This document shows, one piece after another, positions 31,492-39,729 of a stretch of DNA of 64,000 nucleotides (positions within the stretch are counted from its first letter, which is position 1; the number at the start of each line of letters is the position of its first letter). A program made the position numbers and the translations under genes. The stretch comes from Bacteriovoracia bacterium (lineage in GTDB: Bacteria > Bdellovibrionota > UBA1018 > JBFWNL01), in assembly GCA_050251055.1 (NCBI GenBank), contig JBFWNL010000002.1, positions 160,001-224,000 of the forward strand. The letters run 5' to 3'. The notes below the pieces were generated by a model. That model had not been told where the DNA came from, did no database searches, and saw nothing but the letters and a program-made list of their open reading frames with translations.

Positions 31492-32127
31492 TCAAGGGTC
31501 TAATTTTGAAAACTTTTTTAAAACTTCTTTAAACCTAGCTACACGCTTTCGCAATTGATCCTCACTGCGGACTTCCCGCAATTTCGTATCACTTGTGAGT
31601 CTATTCTCGCTCAAGAATTGAAGCATTCGCTTCCAGCTGGGCTCTCCGGCATGTTTATCGTCCCAACCTTCAAAAAGCTTTGAAAGCCGGTATAAGCAAT
31701 AGTCCTCTAAGAGATTCCCCTTTCGGGCGTGCTCCCACTCGATTCCAATTAGGCCTTTTTGAAGTAATGACGGATTCTTAATAGCTTGCTTTTTTTGCTT
31801 CTGATGAAGACTTGAAATTATTTCAACTTGGCAGTTAAGTGCCATTTCACAAGCCTGAAGGGTGCTAATAATTTTTCCTATCTGCGCAACATCGATACTA
31901 TAGTGCAACTCTAATTTCGTTTTTTTTAGACTTCCCACTAGACTTGATACACTTTCAATATCTGCCTGCAGTTTTGCTTTGGCGTCCAACAGTGAATCTA
32001 GTTCTCGAAGCGAGAGAAACGCGCGGTAAGTCGTCAAAATACTAGAAGACTCTGTATTGAACTCCGCCTCGGTTAGTGGAGGCACTGAAACAACCCTAAG
32101 TCCTTTCCCTAAGGAGATCGGCCACAC
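31492..32127 (-). CDS. Hypothetical phage/satellite protein
   Basis: 211-aa ORF overlapping the XRE gene; no recognised motif. Confidence 0.55.
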   Translation of the reverse strand: MWPISLGKGLRVVSVPPLTEAEFNTESSSILTTYRAFLSLRELDSLLDAKAKLQADIESVSSLVGSLKKTKLELHYSIDVAQIGKIISTLQACEMALNCQVEIISSLHQKQKKQAIKNPSLLQKGLIGIEWEHARKGNLLEDYCLYRLSKLFEGWDDKHAGEPSWKRMLQFLSENRLTSDTKLREVRSEDQLRKRVARFKEVLKKFSKLDP

Positions 32128-32317
32128 TCATGTTCAATCCTTCTGCAATTGCCAGTAAGGTAGAATAGCGGGGATCTTTTTTTCCCTTTTCGATATCGGA
32201 CAGATTCCCCTTTGAGAGATCCATCTCATAAGCGAGTTTCTCTAAGGTAATCCCACGCTTGCGTCGCAATAAAGAGATTCTTTCGCCTAGCTTTAGCAGG
32301 GCCGGTCTGGATTTCAC
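32096..32317 (-). CDS. XRE-family (controller protein-like) HTH regulator
   Basis: LGERISLLRRKRGITLEKLA..SKGNLSDIEKGKKDPRYSTLLAIAEGL. Confidence 0.88.
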   Translation of the reverse strand: MKSRPALLKLGERISLLRRKRGITLEKLAYEMDLSKGNLSDIEKGKKDPRYSTLLAIAEGLNMSVADLLRERT

Positions 32318-32350
32318 TCATTCAAGGCTACGCATCGAGCTTGCAAAGTA

Positions 32351-32383
32351 GTTCGCTATAGCGAACAATTCGTTATAGCGAAC
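32351..32383. promoter_or_regulatory. Tandem palindromic operators upstream of the XRE gene
   Basis: Perfect GTTCGCTATAGCGAAC (32351-32366) followed by 14/16 copy ATTCGTTATAGCGAAC (32368-32383). Confidence 0.7.
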
Positions 32384-32445
32384 TCAGGCTCTATGGCGTA
32401 TTCCAGCCATTTGAATTCCGGACTCTCATAAAGAGGAGGCACGAA

Positions 32446-32958
32446 TTGTTAGGTCTAATTGGGACTCTTGCGATACTTGGCGGAGCAGCGCTTCTTTTCT
32501 TCTCAGCAATACTCTTGTTATTCAAAAGAGAAAGCCGTTATCCAAAACGCTTAGCATTGCTTGGTTTCGTTACATTGCTCGCTGGGGCCATCTCAGTAGG
32601 TCTAGAAAAAGACACTCGTCAGCCAAAGGCGCTAAGCATTGAGGAGTGGAAGCAACATCGAGAGTACATCGAATCGTTTTCTAAGCGCGTATTCGTAAGC
32701 TTAACCGCTCATGAGATGTACGAAAAGGCGAATGAGTACCTATCAGACCCTTACATCAAATCATGCAGGTACGGTGGGTGCGCAGAGTTTCGTCAAATGC
32801 TACGTGAAATCATGGATGCAACAGAAGACGGCAGAATTTCTCCAAAAGAAGTCGGTGCAAATAAAGGCTTGGGGAAATTCGTAAAAGACGCGCTAGATAA
32901 AGGAGAGAAAGACATAAACAAAAGCATTAAACCTGCGCCCCGTCCTGATGGGAAATAG
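32446..32958 (+). CDS. Hypothetical membrane protein (two N-terminal TMs)
   Basis: GAGGAGG RBS; two hydrophobic helices; divergent from the XRE gene. Confidence 0.65.
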   Translation: MLGLIGTLAILGGAALLFFSAILLLFKRESRYPKRLALLGFVTLLAGAISVGLEKDTRQPKALSIEEWKQHREYIESFSKRVFVSLTAHEMYEKANEYLSDPYIKSCRYGGCAEFRQMLREIMDATEDGRISPKEVGANKGLGKFVKDALDKGEKDINKSIKPAPRPDGK

Positions 32959-33247
32959 ATTCTTTGTAATCTACAGCATACTTCACCAAATCAGTAAAAC
33001 TCTCAATCAGAGGCAAGCGATCACCTACATCAAATTCGATAGCCTTGCGCTTGGGGTAAATGTATCCCAGCAGCTGGACCAATAGATTCGCCTGCTCCTT
33101 CGGTGACAATTGAGGCAATAAATCACAAATCCTCGAAACCGGTTCAACTCCCCCTGCTCGCAATGCCTCTACCAGGAGATGTGTTTTTTTATTAGGAACC
33201 CCTTTTCTACGTCCTCCGGTTTTAGGGAGCCCCGCTGGCCTGCTCAT
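32927..33247 (-). CDS. Putative terminase small-subunit-like DNA-binding protein
   Basis: PKTGGRRKGVPNKKT N-terminus and YIYPKRKAIE, typical of small phage packaging-locus proteins. Confidence 0.6.
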   Translation of the reverse strand: MSRPAGLPKTGGRRKGVPNKKTHLLVEALRAGGVEPVSRICDLLPQLSPKEQANLLVQLLGYIYPKRKAIEFDVGDRLPLIESFTDLVKYAVDYKESISHQDGAQV

Positions 33248-33359
33248 TTCCTCTATTCCCTTCTACTTTAGATACGGGCATCCAATCGGACATTGCATCG
33301 CGGCCAAGTAGCAATTCCCACACCTCCAACCCACCTAAAGGTCCGCCACGCACCCAGAT

Positions 33360-33408
33360 ATTTATAAACTATATTAATTTATTATATAAATTAATATAGT
33401 TTATAAAT
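33360..33408. repeat. Perfect AT-rich inverted repeat, 23-bp arms, 3-nt loop
   Basis: ATTTATAAACTATATTAATTTAT-TAT-ATAAATTAATATAGTTTATAAAT. Confidence 0.9.
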
Positions 33409-33482
33409 CTAATCATCCACAAACTCAACGCGTTGTTCTTGCACGATGATTTCAATATATAAAAGTGGATCAAAACCATTTA

Positions 33483-33496
33483 GTATAATATTATAC
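33483..33496. promoter_or_regulatory. 14-bp perfect palindrome containing TATAAT, candidate -10 element/operator of the TA-like operon
   Basis: GTATAATATTATAC upstream of the toxin-like ORF. Confidence 0.5.
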
Positions 33497-33531
33497 GATA
33501 TGCTACATAAAATTGAAATTTATGTCGTATA

Positions 33532-34008
33532 TTGGTACAAGTGGTTCCCGGTGGCTGCATATATGGAAGATGCATGCTTCAGGGGGACAGTTTGGAAGAA
33601 GATCCTAACCACGATTTTTCGGCCTTCGAGAAGGCATGTCAAAGCCATCCCGAAACCGTGGTTGTTCCCGATGATACGGAAAGCGACGCAAGGAGACATT
33701 TCCGCATCAACAACTCAGACGACCTACTAGCCTTTATTGGGCGAGGCGGTTTGAAGGACCATAAATTCGTCAAACGAGACACTTGGCGTTTTGGAAAGGA
33801 AGCTTATGGTGTCGAAGTCAATTTGGATATTTATGACTTCTGGGAAGGGGAAAAGTTTGGTTACCTGTCCCTTGGACGCCATCCGGAGAACAGCATGTGG
33901 GTAATCAAATCCTTTCACGAAAATACAAACCCGAACCCAAGAGCCAAACCTGTTTTCAAGGTCACAAAGAGGATTGTTTTTAAAAAAGGCGTACCCCATG
34001 AAGAATAG
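33532..34008 (+). CDS. Putative MqsR/RelE-like toxin (start uncertain)
   Basis: DIY..YLSL..WVIKSFH pattern resembling the MqsR C-terminus; directly upstream of a Zn-finger-HTH gene. Confidence 0.55.
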   Translation: MVQVVPGGCIYGRCMLQGDSLEEDPNHDFSAFEKACQSHPETVVVPDDTESDARRHFRINNSDDLLAFIGRGGLKDHKFVKRDTWRFGKEAYGVEVNLDIYDFWEGEKFGYLSLGRHPENSMWVIKSFHENTNPNPRAKPVFKVTKRIVFKKGVPHEE

Positions 34009-34576
34009 TTGCCAATTTTGCGGCTCAGCCGAAACAGAAATTCTATCCGTCGAGAAAGAAGGCGCGCTTCCTGATAATACTGCTTTTAAATATCACGCTC
34101 AGGTGTTGCGCTGTTCTAATTGCCAATTAAAAGTCCCAGTCAAGCAATCAAGCGACGCGGAATATGATCAAGCTTACGTGCAAGCACAAGCTGAGAGTGT
34201 TGAAAAAATAAGCGAAAGACTGTCCGAAGTAGGATTAACAATGGCATCTATTGAGCGCAGTTTCGGGATCCCTCAGCGCACGATTATGAGATGGAAATCC
34301 AAAGGTTGCTCCGCCGCTGGCTTTTCTTTGATGCACCTTCTTAATGTGTACCCCTGGCTGACTAAAATCGCTGATCATAACTACGACCCTCGATTTGCTT
34401 CTAAAGAAGTACTTCGACAAGCTGCGGAAATATACAATGGACCGAGCTCTATTGAGGTCGCGGAGCATCAATTACTCGGATCACCAAGCATTAGCCTGAA
34501 CGAAAGGCATCTCCGACTTGTACCTAAGAGTAATTCTTCAGAAGATCCGCAAATATACCAAGTGGGGAGCGGATGA
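33998..34576 (+). CDS. MqsA-like Zn-ribbon plus HTH antitoxin with a C-terminal extension
   Basis: CQFC...CSNC; LTMASIERSFGIPQRTIMRW HTH; about 60-aa tail. Confidence 0.65.
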   Translation: MKNSCQFCGSAETEILSVEKEGALPDNTAFKYHAQVLRCSNCQLKVPVKQSSDAEYDQAYVQAQAESVEKISERLSEVGLTMASIERSFGIPQRTIMRWKSKGCSAAGFSLMHLLNVYPWLTKIADHNYDPRFASKEVLRQAAEIYNGPSSIEVAEHQLLGSPSISLNERHLRLVPKSNSSEDPQIYQVGSG

Positions 34577-35010
34577 AGGTCACAAACATAATATTCTGCG
34601 ACGATATCCGGCGAGAGATCAATAACAAGCACACTCTCGTTGGCTGTTATTCAGATCGTATTCTCATTACACCACGCAACGGGGATATGAAATGGCCGGT
34701 GGCTGTAAAACTTGGGATCTTTATTACTCTCATACGCGAGTCAGATGACCCCAAGTTCAACACCTTTGCTTTAGAGTTTTTCGACTCAGAAGAATCTCTA
34801 GCAAAAGTCGAAGGAAATCTAGACGGCTTAGACCAGGGTCGCCCCATCAACATTATGTTTGTCTTACCGCTGGTATTTAAACGTCCAGGTCCTTTAAGTG
34901 GGAAGTTTGATTTTTCGGAGAAAGACGGAGTTACTATTACACTAAAGCCCGAACTTAACTTCCGACTCGAAATCGCGAAACCCGCTCAACAGCTAAATCC
35001 AACAGTATAA
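34573..35010 (+). CDS. DUF6941-like beta-rich protein
   Basis: IIFCDDIRREINNKHTLVGCY N-terminus; ATGA coupling to the antitoxin. Confidence 0.6.
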   Translation: MKVTNIIFCDDIRREINNKHTLVGCYSDRILITPRNGDMKWPVAVKLGIFITLIRESDDPKFNTFALEFFDSEESLAKVEGNLDGLDQGRPINIMFVLPLVFKRPGPLSGKFDFSEKDGVTITLKPELNFRLEIAKPAQQLNPTV

Positions 35011-35077
35011 AGCCTTCAACCAGCCTCCTGAAACAATAGTGGAAGAAGACGAGCTCTAGAGTGAGGAATGCCCCGGT

Positions 35078-35968
35078 TTGAGTACAGACAGCACCGAAGT
35101 AGAATTCGGAGAAACACCAGAATGGAAGCAATTTGCCAGCAAGTGGACCATTCCGGACGAAATATCGCCAGACCTCTTACTGTATCATTACACAAGCACA
35201 GGGGCCGCGAATTCCATGTTTCTATCTAAGCAGTTTTGGGCAACCTACGCAAAACACTCAAATGACTCTACCGAATTTTCTCATGGAATAGATTTATTTA
35301 TCGAGGAGATTAAAGCATTTCAATTCTGCTTTGTATCGCCAAACAATAGAGACCTTATAGAAGAGCTGATAGGGTTCTTAACTGAGGAGAAAACATCTCC
35401 AAAAATTAAGCCTTTCATTTTTTGCCTTTCAGAGCTGGGCGATTTACTAAGCCAATGGCGTGGCTACACACCAAATAGCTCCGGTGTGGCGATCGGTTTT
35501 CAATGCAAAGAACTTGAATTTGATGAATTTCATACATTAAAAAAAGTGGTGTACGACGACGGGACAAAAAGACAAAGGGCCCGATCAATCATTCAAGAGT
35601 TTGACAAACTAGTTCAAGGCGAACTCGCTAAGTTCGGAAACCACATATCTCCTCCGCACGGCCGCAGTCTTTTTTTTAAGCTATTGCAGGCAATATATGT
35701 TCAAGCGGCATGCTTTAAACACGAGGCATTCAACGAAGAAAAAGAATGGAGGATTGTTATTTATTGCGCTGACAAGAGTCAAATACTTAGCCGAAATCGG
35801 GGAATCGATCTTGTTCTATACACAACATGGGATTTCAAGGCTTCAGCAGTTGCGAGTGTCGTTTGTGGCCCTAAATGCAGTTCTTCCACAAATGAAACTC
35901 TTGAATCCCTTGTAGATAAGAAACAATTTAACTTCAAAATCGCAAGATCATCGATTCCATTTCAGTAA
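35078..35968 (+). CDS. DUF2971 domain protein
   Basis: LYHYTS, NDSTEF, FCLSE..DLLSQWRGY..GVAIGF, FKHEAFNEEKEWRI. Confidence 0.85.
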   Translation: MSTDSTEVEFGETPEWKQFASKWTIPDEISPDLLLYHYTSTGAANSMFLSKQFWATYAKHSNDSTEFSHGIDLFIEEIKAFQFCFVSPNNRDLIEELIGFLTEEKTSPKIKPFIFCLSELGDLLSQWRGYTPNSSGVAIGFQCKELEFDEFHTLKKVVYDDGTKRQRARSIIQEFDKLVQGELAKFGNHISPPHGRSLFFKLLQAIYVQAACFKHEAFNEEKEWRIVIYCADKSQILSRNRGIDLVLYTTWDFKASAVASVVCGPKCSSSTNETLESLVDKKQFNFKIARSSIPFQ

Positions 35969-36016
35969 AATCACCTATCGTATGGTTTGAGCGTGCATAT
36001 CCGCACTACCAATTCA

Positions 36017-36913
36017 CTACTTCACTCCCGATGCTATCGGCTTATGTCGGACTTCAATTCCAAGTGAAAAATCTGAGAAACATCCAAAAATCTCTTCGAA
36101 TTCAGACCTATTTTGAAACAATTCCTTATAACTACGATTATGTTGATTCGCTACCCAAATGAACTTGGACTTTATATTCGAGTTCTCAGAATGCGCAATG
36201 ATTTCATCCGAGACTGCGTGTCTGTGTACCAAGTAATTTAGCTTTTCCTTAATAAACGTTTTTTCGAATGAATCGTTTGGCAAAAATTTTTCAAAATCTG
36301 AAAAAGGGAGCACAAAATCTGCCTCGCGAAATCCCTTTAAATAGTCAATGTATCTAAATCCATCTGAATCTTGGCACGTGAACTGATTAAGATACCTTAC
36401 CCAATCATCTGGAAACATGTGCTTTCCGGCAACCAGATGAAATCTATTTAGGGCACTCTCCCCCAGTATTACTCGTGGTACACGCGCAGATTTAGTCTCT
36501 AGGAGATATGCTTCTGAAAGCGCGGGACTAACCAGATAGTCATTTTTCTTAAAATAATCTCCGTAAGTTATAGCTCCACGTATCCAGACTCTAGAAAGAC
36601 TAAGGTGCGCAAGTGACCTGATTAGATCCTTCAAAAAGTGGTCGCATGCACTTTTAATGGTTATATCTGCAGCAATTATCACTGAGTCACTAATCACCGT
36701 AACTTCTGGCTTATATAGGGCACCGCTTTGGTTTGGCGTACTGAAACGAAACAGTTCCAACGCATGAATTAACTCCGATAACTTGCGTTCCTTGAGATGG
36801 TCTTTAAATCCCAGGATATCCAGGTAGGCCACAACCCGTTTTGAATATTCATGACTAACTACTTTTTGCTCTACTGACTTTTCCATACTTTCCCAGTTTC
36901 GAGGTGAAATCAC
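36017..36913 (-). CDS. Class III nucleotidyl-cyclase-like protein
   Basis: VAYLDILGFK, ISDSVII, IRGAITYG, PALSEAYLLE..A..PRVIL, DSDG..YIDYL. Confidence 0.7.
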   Translation of the reverse strand: MISPRNWESMEKSVEQKVVSHEYSKRVVAYLDILGFKDHLKERKLSELIHALELFRFSTPNQSGALYKPEVTVISDSVIIAADITIKSACDHFLKDLIRSLAHLSLSRVWIRGAITYGDYFKKNDYLVSPALSEAYLLETKSARVPRVILGESALNRFHLVAGKHMFPDDWVRYLNQFTCQDSDGFRYIDYLKGFREADFVLPFSDFEKFLPNDSFEKTFIKEKLNYLVHRHAVSDEIIAHSENSNIKSKFIWVANQHNRSYKELFQNRSEFEEIFGCFSDFSLGIEVRHKPIASGVK

Positions 36914-37851
36914 TCAAATAATTGGTGATTCCTTCCATTAGGTTTTATTTGCAAAAAGTTTTTATCTCGAAAAAAAAGAAACTTACACGGAGATTTAGAG
37001 ATTTCAGCATTCAATTTTGAAACTGAATCTGCACTCAATATAGCTTTTTTTTGGCCAGGTTCAAAAGTTCCGGACAGACAGATTCTTGGACTTAGTGGAA
37101 CTATAAGTTCGTTAGACTCAGACCCAAAACCACGTCCATGCTTTATCCTCACTCGCCTTGACCAATGCACCAACACCGGCTGATCGCTTGTAATAAATTG
37201 ACCCGAAGAAGCGACGAGAATGCACCAATCACGCTTTGCCAATAATGGAGCGAGCCGGCGGGCATAGTCCAATGTCAGTGATAGAATGTAGTTCTGAGTA
37301 GTTTTGAATTTATAATGCTTAGAATTAGCAATGTCCTTAAGCTGCTCCAAATTCATCCTATTACGCTCTGGAGTATTCATTCGATCATACAAGACTTTTA
37401 GGTCCTGAGGCGTACCCTTGGCTGCAAAAGCTTGCGCCCAATCCTTAGCAGTGCGGTCGACAACCTCTGCTGCATGCTCTCTAGACAAAGGCCCCCTCAT
37501 GGCCAGAAATGCGATGAAGGTCCATAACCTAGCCAATTGCACAGGGTCCTCTGGCAGCTTCTCTTCCTGGATGATCTTTCGAAGAACTGGGGCCGCGGCT
37601 CCCTCCATAGGAGCGAGCATTTTCGTTTCAATTCCAAACTCGTCATCGATACCCTCTGATGCGTCTAGACGGTAAAAATCACGAATATGCCCTACGTTAG
37701 AGACCGAAGTCTTAAAAGATGTCTTCTTTTCCTTGCTAAAAACCTGAATTATACGGCTATCCTTCTCAGTATCTGTGAAGTTAATCAGATAGCACTCGGG
37801 CACATAGTGATGCTTTCGGGGGACAGCCATGTTGTTCCTTATCCTACGCAT
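36910..37851 (-). CDS. DUF4238 domain protein (putative anti-phage)
   Basis: KHHYVPECYLINF, FITSDQPV, VPLSPRICL. Confidence 0.85.
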   Translation of the reverse strand: MRRIRNNMAVPRKHHYVPECYLINFTDTEKDSRIIQVFSKEKKTSFKTSVSNVGHIRDFYRLDASEGIDDEFGIETKMLAPMEGAAAPVLRKIIQEEKLPEDPVQLARLWTFIAFLAMRGPLSREHAAEVVDRTAKDWAQAFAAKGTPQDLKVLYDRMNTPERNRMNLEQLKDIANSKHYKFKTTQNYILSLTLDYARRLAPLLAKRDWCILVASSGQFITSDQPVLVHWSRRVRIKHGRGFGSESNELIVPLSPRICLSGTFEPGQKKAILSADSVSKLNAEISKSPCKFLFFRDKNFLQIKPNGRNHQLFE

Positions 37852-37906
37852 TCGAGCCTATGTCTTGAGCGTTCGACTTAGGCCACTCAATTAATAGGAA
37901 GGTCAG

Positions 37907-38134
37907 ATGACTCATGTAATCAAAATAGGGACGATTATAACTTACGGTCCGAGCTCAAATGCAAAAACCCAAAAAACCGGCCATGTTACTGACGTATGGC
38001 AGCGTGGAGACGAGATTCTAATAACAGTAAAGATCAACAGCATGCCCATAGAGGAATCAAAATCCGGTTACCCAGAAAACTCTCACTCCACCTATACGGA
38101 CATCTTTGTAGAAACCCCCGCAGGGAAAAACTAA
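37907..38134 (+). CDS. Small hypothetical protein
   Basis: 75-aa ORF with AGGAAGG RBS. Confidence 0.45.
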   Translation: MTHVIKIGTIITYGPSSNAKTQKTGHVTDVWQRGDEILITVKINSMPIEESKSGYPENSHSTYTDIFVETPAGKN

Positions 38135-38294
38135 CTAAAGCACAGCAGTCACTCTGGGGAAGCGCTGGGGAATCTAGAACCTAAAAACACCCCAAAATAA
38201 CCAATAACAACCAAGGATCCAGGCCCACCGATTTCCGCTGTGTTTTGTTTATTTTCAGTAACTTAAGTCCCATGCCTAAGTCCTGATTGGTTTA

Positions 38295-38350
38295 CTCGAA
38301 AGCGTGTGTGGGGAAACCCACCGTGAGTTCGAATCTCACTCTCTCCGCCA
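38295..38350 (+). tRNA. 3' half of tRNA-Ser(CGA); att-site fragment, not an intact gene
   Basis: Anticodon loop CTCGAAA, long variable arm GTGGG-GAAA-CCCAC, T-arm GTGAG-TTCGAAT-CTCAC, acceptor TCTCTCC-G-CCA; 5' anticodon strand, D-arm and 5' acceptor strand absent. Confidence 0.88.
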
Positions 38351-38506
38351 TCACTTTTCCTTTTTCCCGTTTTAAAAAAGACGAAGACTGGCAGGGGGAC
38401 GCGCTTCCATGCGCTCGACCCCTCAGCGCCTTCCTGGCCCGGGGACGCCCCCCGCCAGTCTTCGTCTTTTTTAAAACGGGAAAAAGGAAAAGTGATGGCG
38501 GAGAGA
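38340..38506. repeat. Long palindromic element, copy 2: perfect 53-bp arms 38340-38392/38454-38506 around the conserved core
   Basis: Exact reverse complement; arm begins with the last 11 nt of the tRNA fragment; core matches 13651-13713. Confidence 0.92.
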
Positions 38507-38529
38507 TTTATGGTGAGGAGGGCAGGATG

Positions 38530-38671
38530 CCCGACTTCCTTGGAGATGTCCCGGAGCGCTGGAAGCGCGGAGGGAAATCGAACGACCGCACCTGAGCTAG
38601 ATTAAGTGATCCAGCCACCCGACTTCCTTAGAGATGTTGCGGAGGGCGGGAAGCCCGGAGCAAAATCGAAC
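38530..38671. repeat. Two direct repeats of 54 bp (38530-38583, 38618-38671; 46/54 identical), each with a GGAA-loop mini-hairpin
   Basis: CCCGACTTCCTTRGAGATGT..GGAG-GSGC-KGGAA-GCSC-GGAG..AAATCGAAC with a compensatory stem change. Confidence 0.8.
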
Positions 38672-38686
38672 TGACCGGCGATCACC

Positions 38687-39277
38687 CTAGAAACTATTCG
38701 AAGGATCCTTAAGAAACTCAATCTCCTCCGCCGTGCTCACGCGGCCGAGGATCGAGTTGCGATGCGGGAAGTGCCCGAACCGCTTGATGATGTCGTGATG
38801 CTTCACCGCGAACCGTTGGTTATCGAGCATGTACTCCCGAAACTCCGCCGGCGTATCCTGCACTAGCCGGTCAAACTCCACCAGCGCACGCTCTTGAATG
38901 ATCAAGTCTTCCGCGTGTTCCAGCGGCAGCAAGAAAAACTGTCGCTCTGACCAGTGCATCTTGCGATCCATCCCTTGCGCGAGTCCCTTCAAGCAAAGCG
39001 CGCGTGCCTGCGCATCGAACGCAAACGCGCGCGGCTTGCCCCGGAAAATATGACGGGGAAATTGATCCAACACGAGGATCAAGGAAACGAACCCCTCCGG
39101 GGTGCTCTCCCAATCCGCGAGCTTCCCCGCAGCGGCGGCCTCTAACGTCGGCAGAAACTCGTCGCGGACCTTTTCGTCAATGCCCGCCGGACGCCGCCAC
39201 CAAAGGTCGCGGTTTTTCAAAGGCGAAGCCACGAGGTCTTCTCCGAACCAAAACTCATGTACGCGCTGGAAATTCAT
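38687..39277 (-). CDS. DUF924 family protein
   Basis: FWFG, LILVLDQFPRHIFR, LPLEHAED, IIKRFGHFPHRNSILGR. Confidence 0.92.
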   Translation of the reverse strand: MNFQRVHEFWFGEDLVASPLKNRDLWWRRPAGIDEKVRDEFLPTLEAAAAGKLADWESTPEGFVSLILVLDQFPRHIFRGKPRAFAFDAQARALCLKGLAQGMDRKMHWSERQFFLLPLEHAEDLIIQERALVEFDRLVQDTPAEFREYMLDNQRFAVKHHDIIKRFGHFPHRNSILGRVSTAEEIEFLKDPSNSF

Positions 39278-39403
39278 CACTATCCCTTCTACCGCTAAAC
39301 GCCCTTTTCGTATCCACCTGATACAACCCGAAAATCTCAGCTTGACGCAATGCAATATATTTACTAAAAGGGCCGTGGGTGACCCCTTTTAAACAGGGAT
39401 TGT

Positions 39404-39694
39404 ATGATTTTTCTCGGGCTCGCCCTTCTTTCAAGCCTCCTCGGAACCGACCCGTCGGCCCTCGCCGGGGAAAAAATTGAATTCGTCCTGGCTTACGATT
39501 CTCTTTCTCTCGATTCATTTCCGACCGCGGCCCTAGCCACCGAGCTCTGCAAATCCTCCGGGTATGCGGAGGCCGACTGCGTCGTCACCGATCGGCGCAT
39601 CCAAAACGGATACGACTTCTCGGTGCCGAAATCCGTGAGCGGGTACCCGCCGGAATGGATCGACACCACCGTAATTGTTCAACCTTACGAATAA
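39404..39694 (+). CDS. Small secreted hypothetical protein
   Basis: Signal-peptide-like N-terminus. Confidence 0.45.
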   Translation: MIFLGLALLSSLLGTDPSALAGEKIEFVLAYDSLSLDSFPTAALATELCKSSGYAEADCVVTDRRIQNGYDFSVPKSVSGYPPEWIDTTVIVQPYE

Positions 39695-39729
39695 CGAAAT
39701 CAACCCACCCAAACAGGAGACCGTTCGAC

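Larger units (their letters stand above)
30345..38350. mobile_element. Left-truncated integrated element (phage-satellite/prophage remnant) ending at a tRNA-Ser att fragment; left boundary approximate
   Basis: Abrupt shift to AT-richer sequence; primase, XRE, TerS-like, TA and defence-like genes; tRNA 3' fragment at the right end; no integrase visible. Confidence 0.8.

Noticed and set aside
33360-33408. Protelomerase (telRL-type) site call
   Set aside because: No protelomerase or tyrosine recombinase gene in the window; reported only as a palindrome
36017-36913. Pycsar/CBASS system call
   Set aside because: No adjacent cNMP-binding TIR/TM effector and no CD-NTase motifs
38260-38350. Intact tRNA-Ser gene
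   Set aside because: No 5' acceptor strand, D-arm or 5' anticodon stem; only the 3' half is present
38530-38671. Mini CRISPR array
   Set aside because: Only two imperfect 54-bp units and no cas genes in the window
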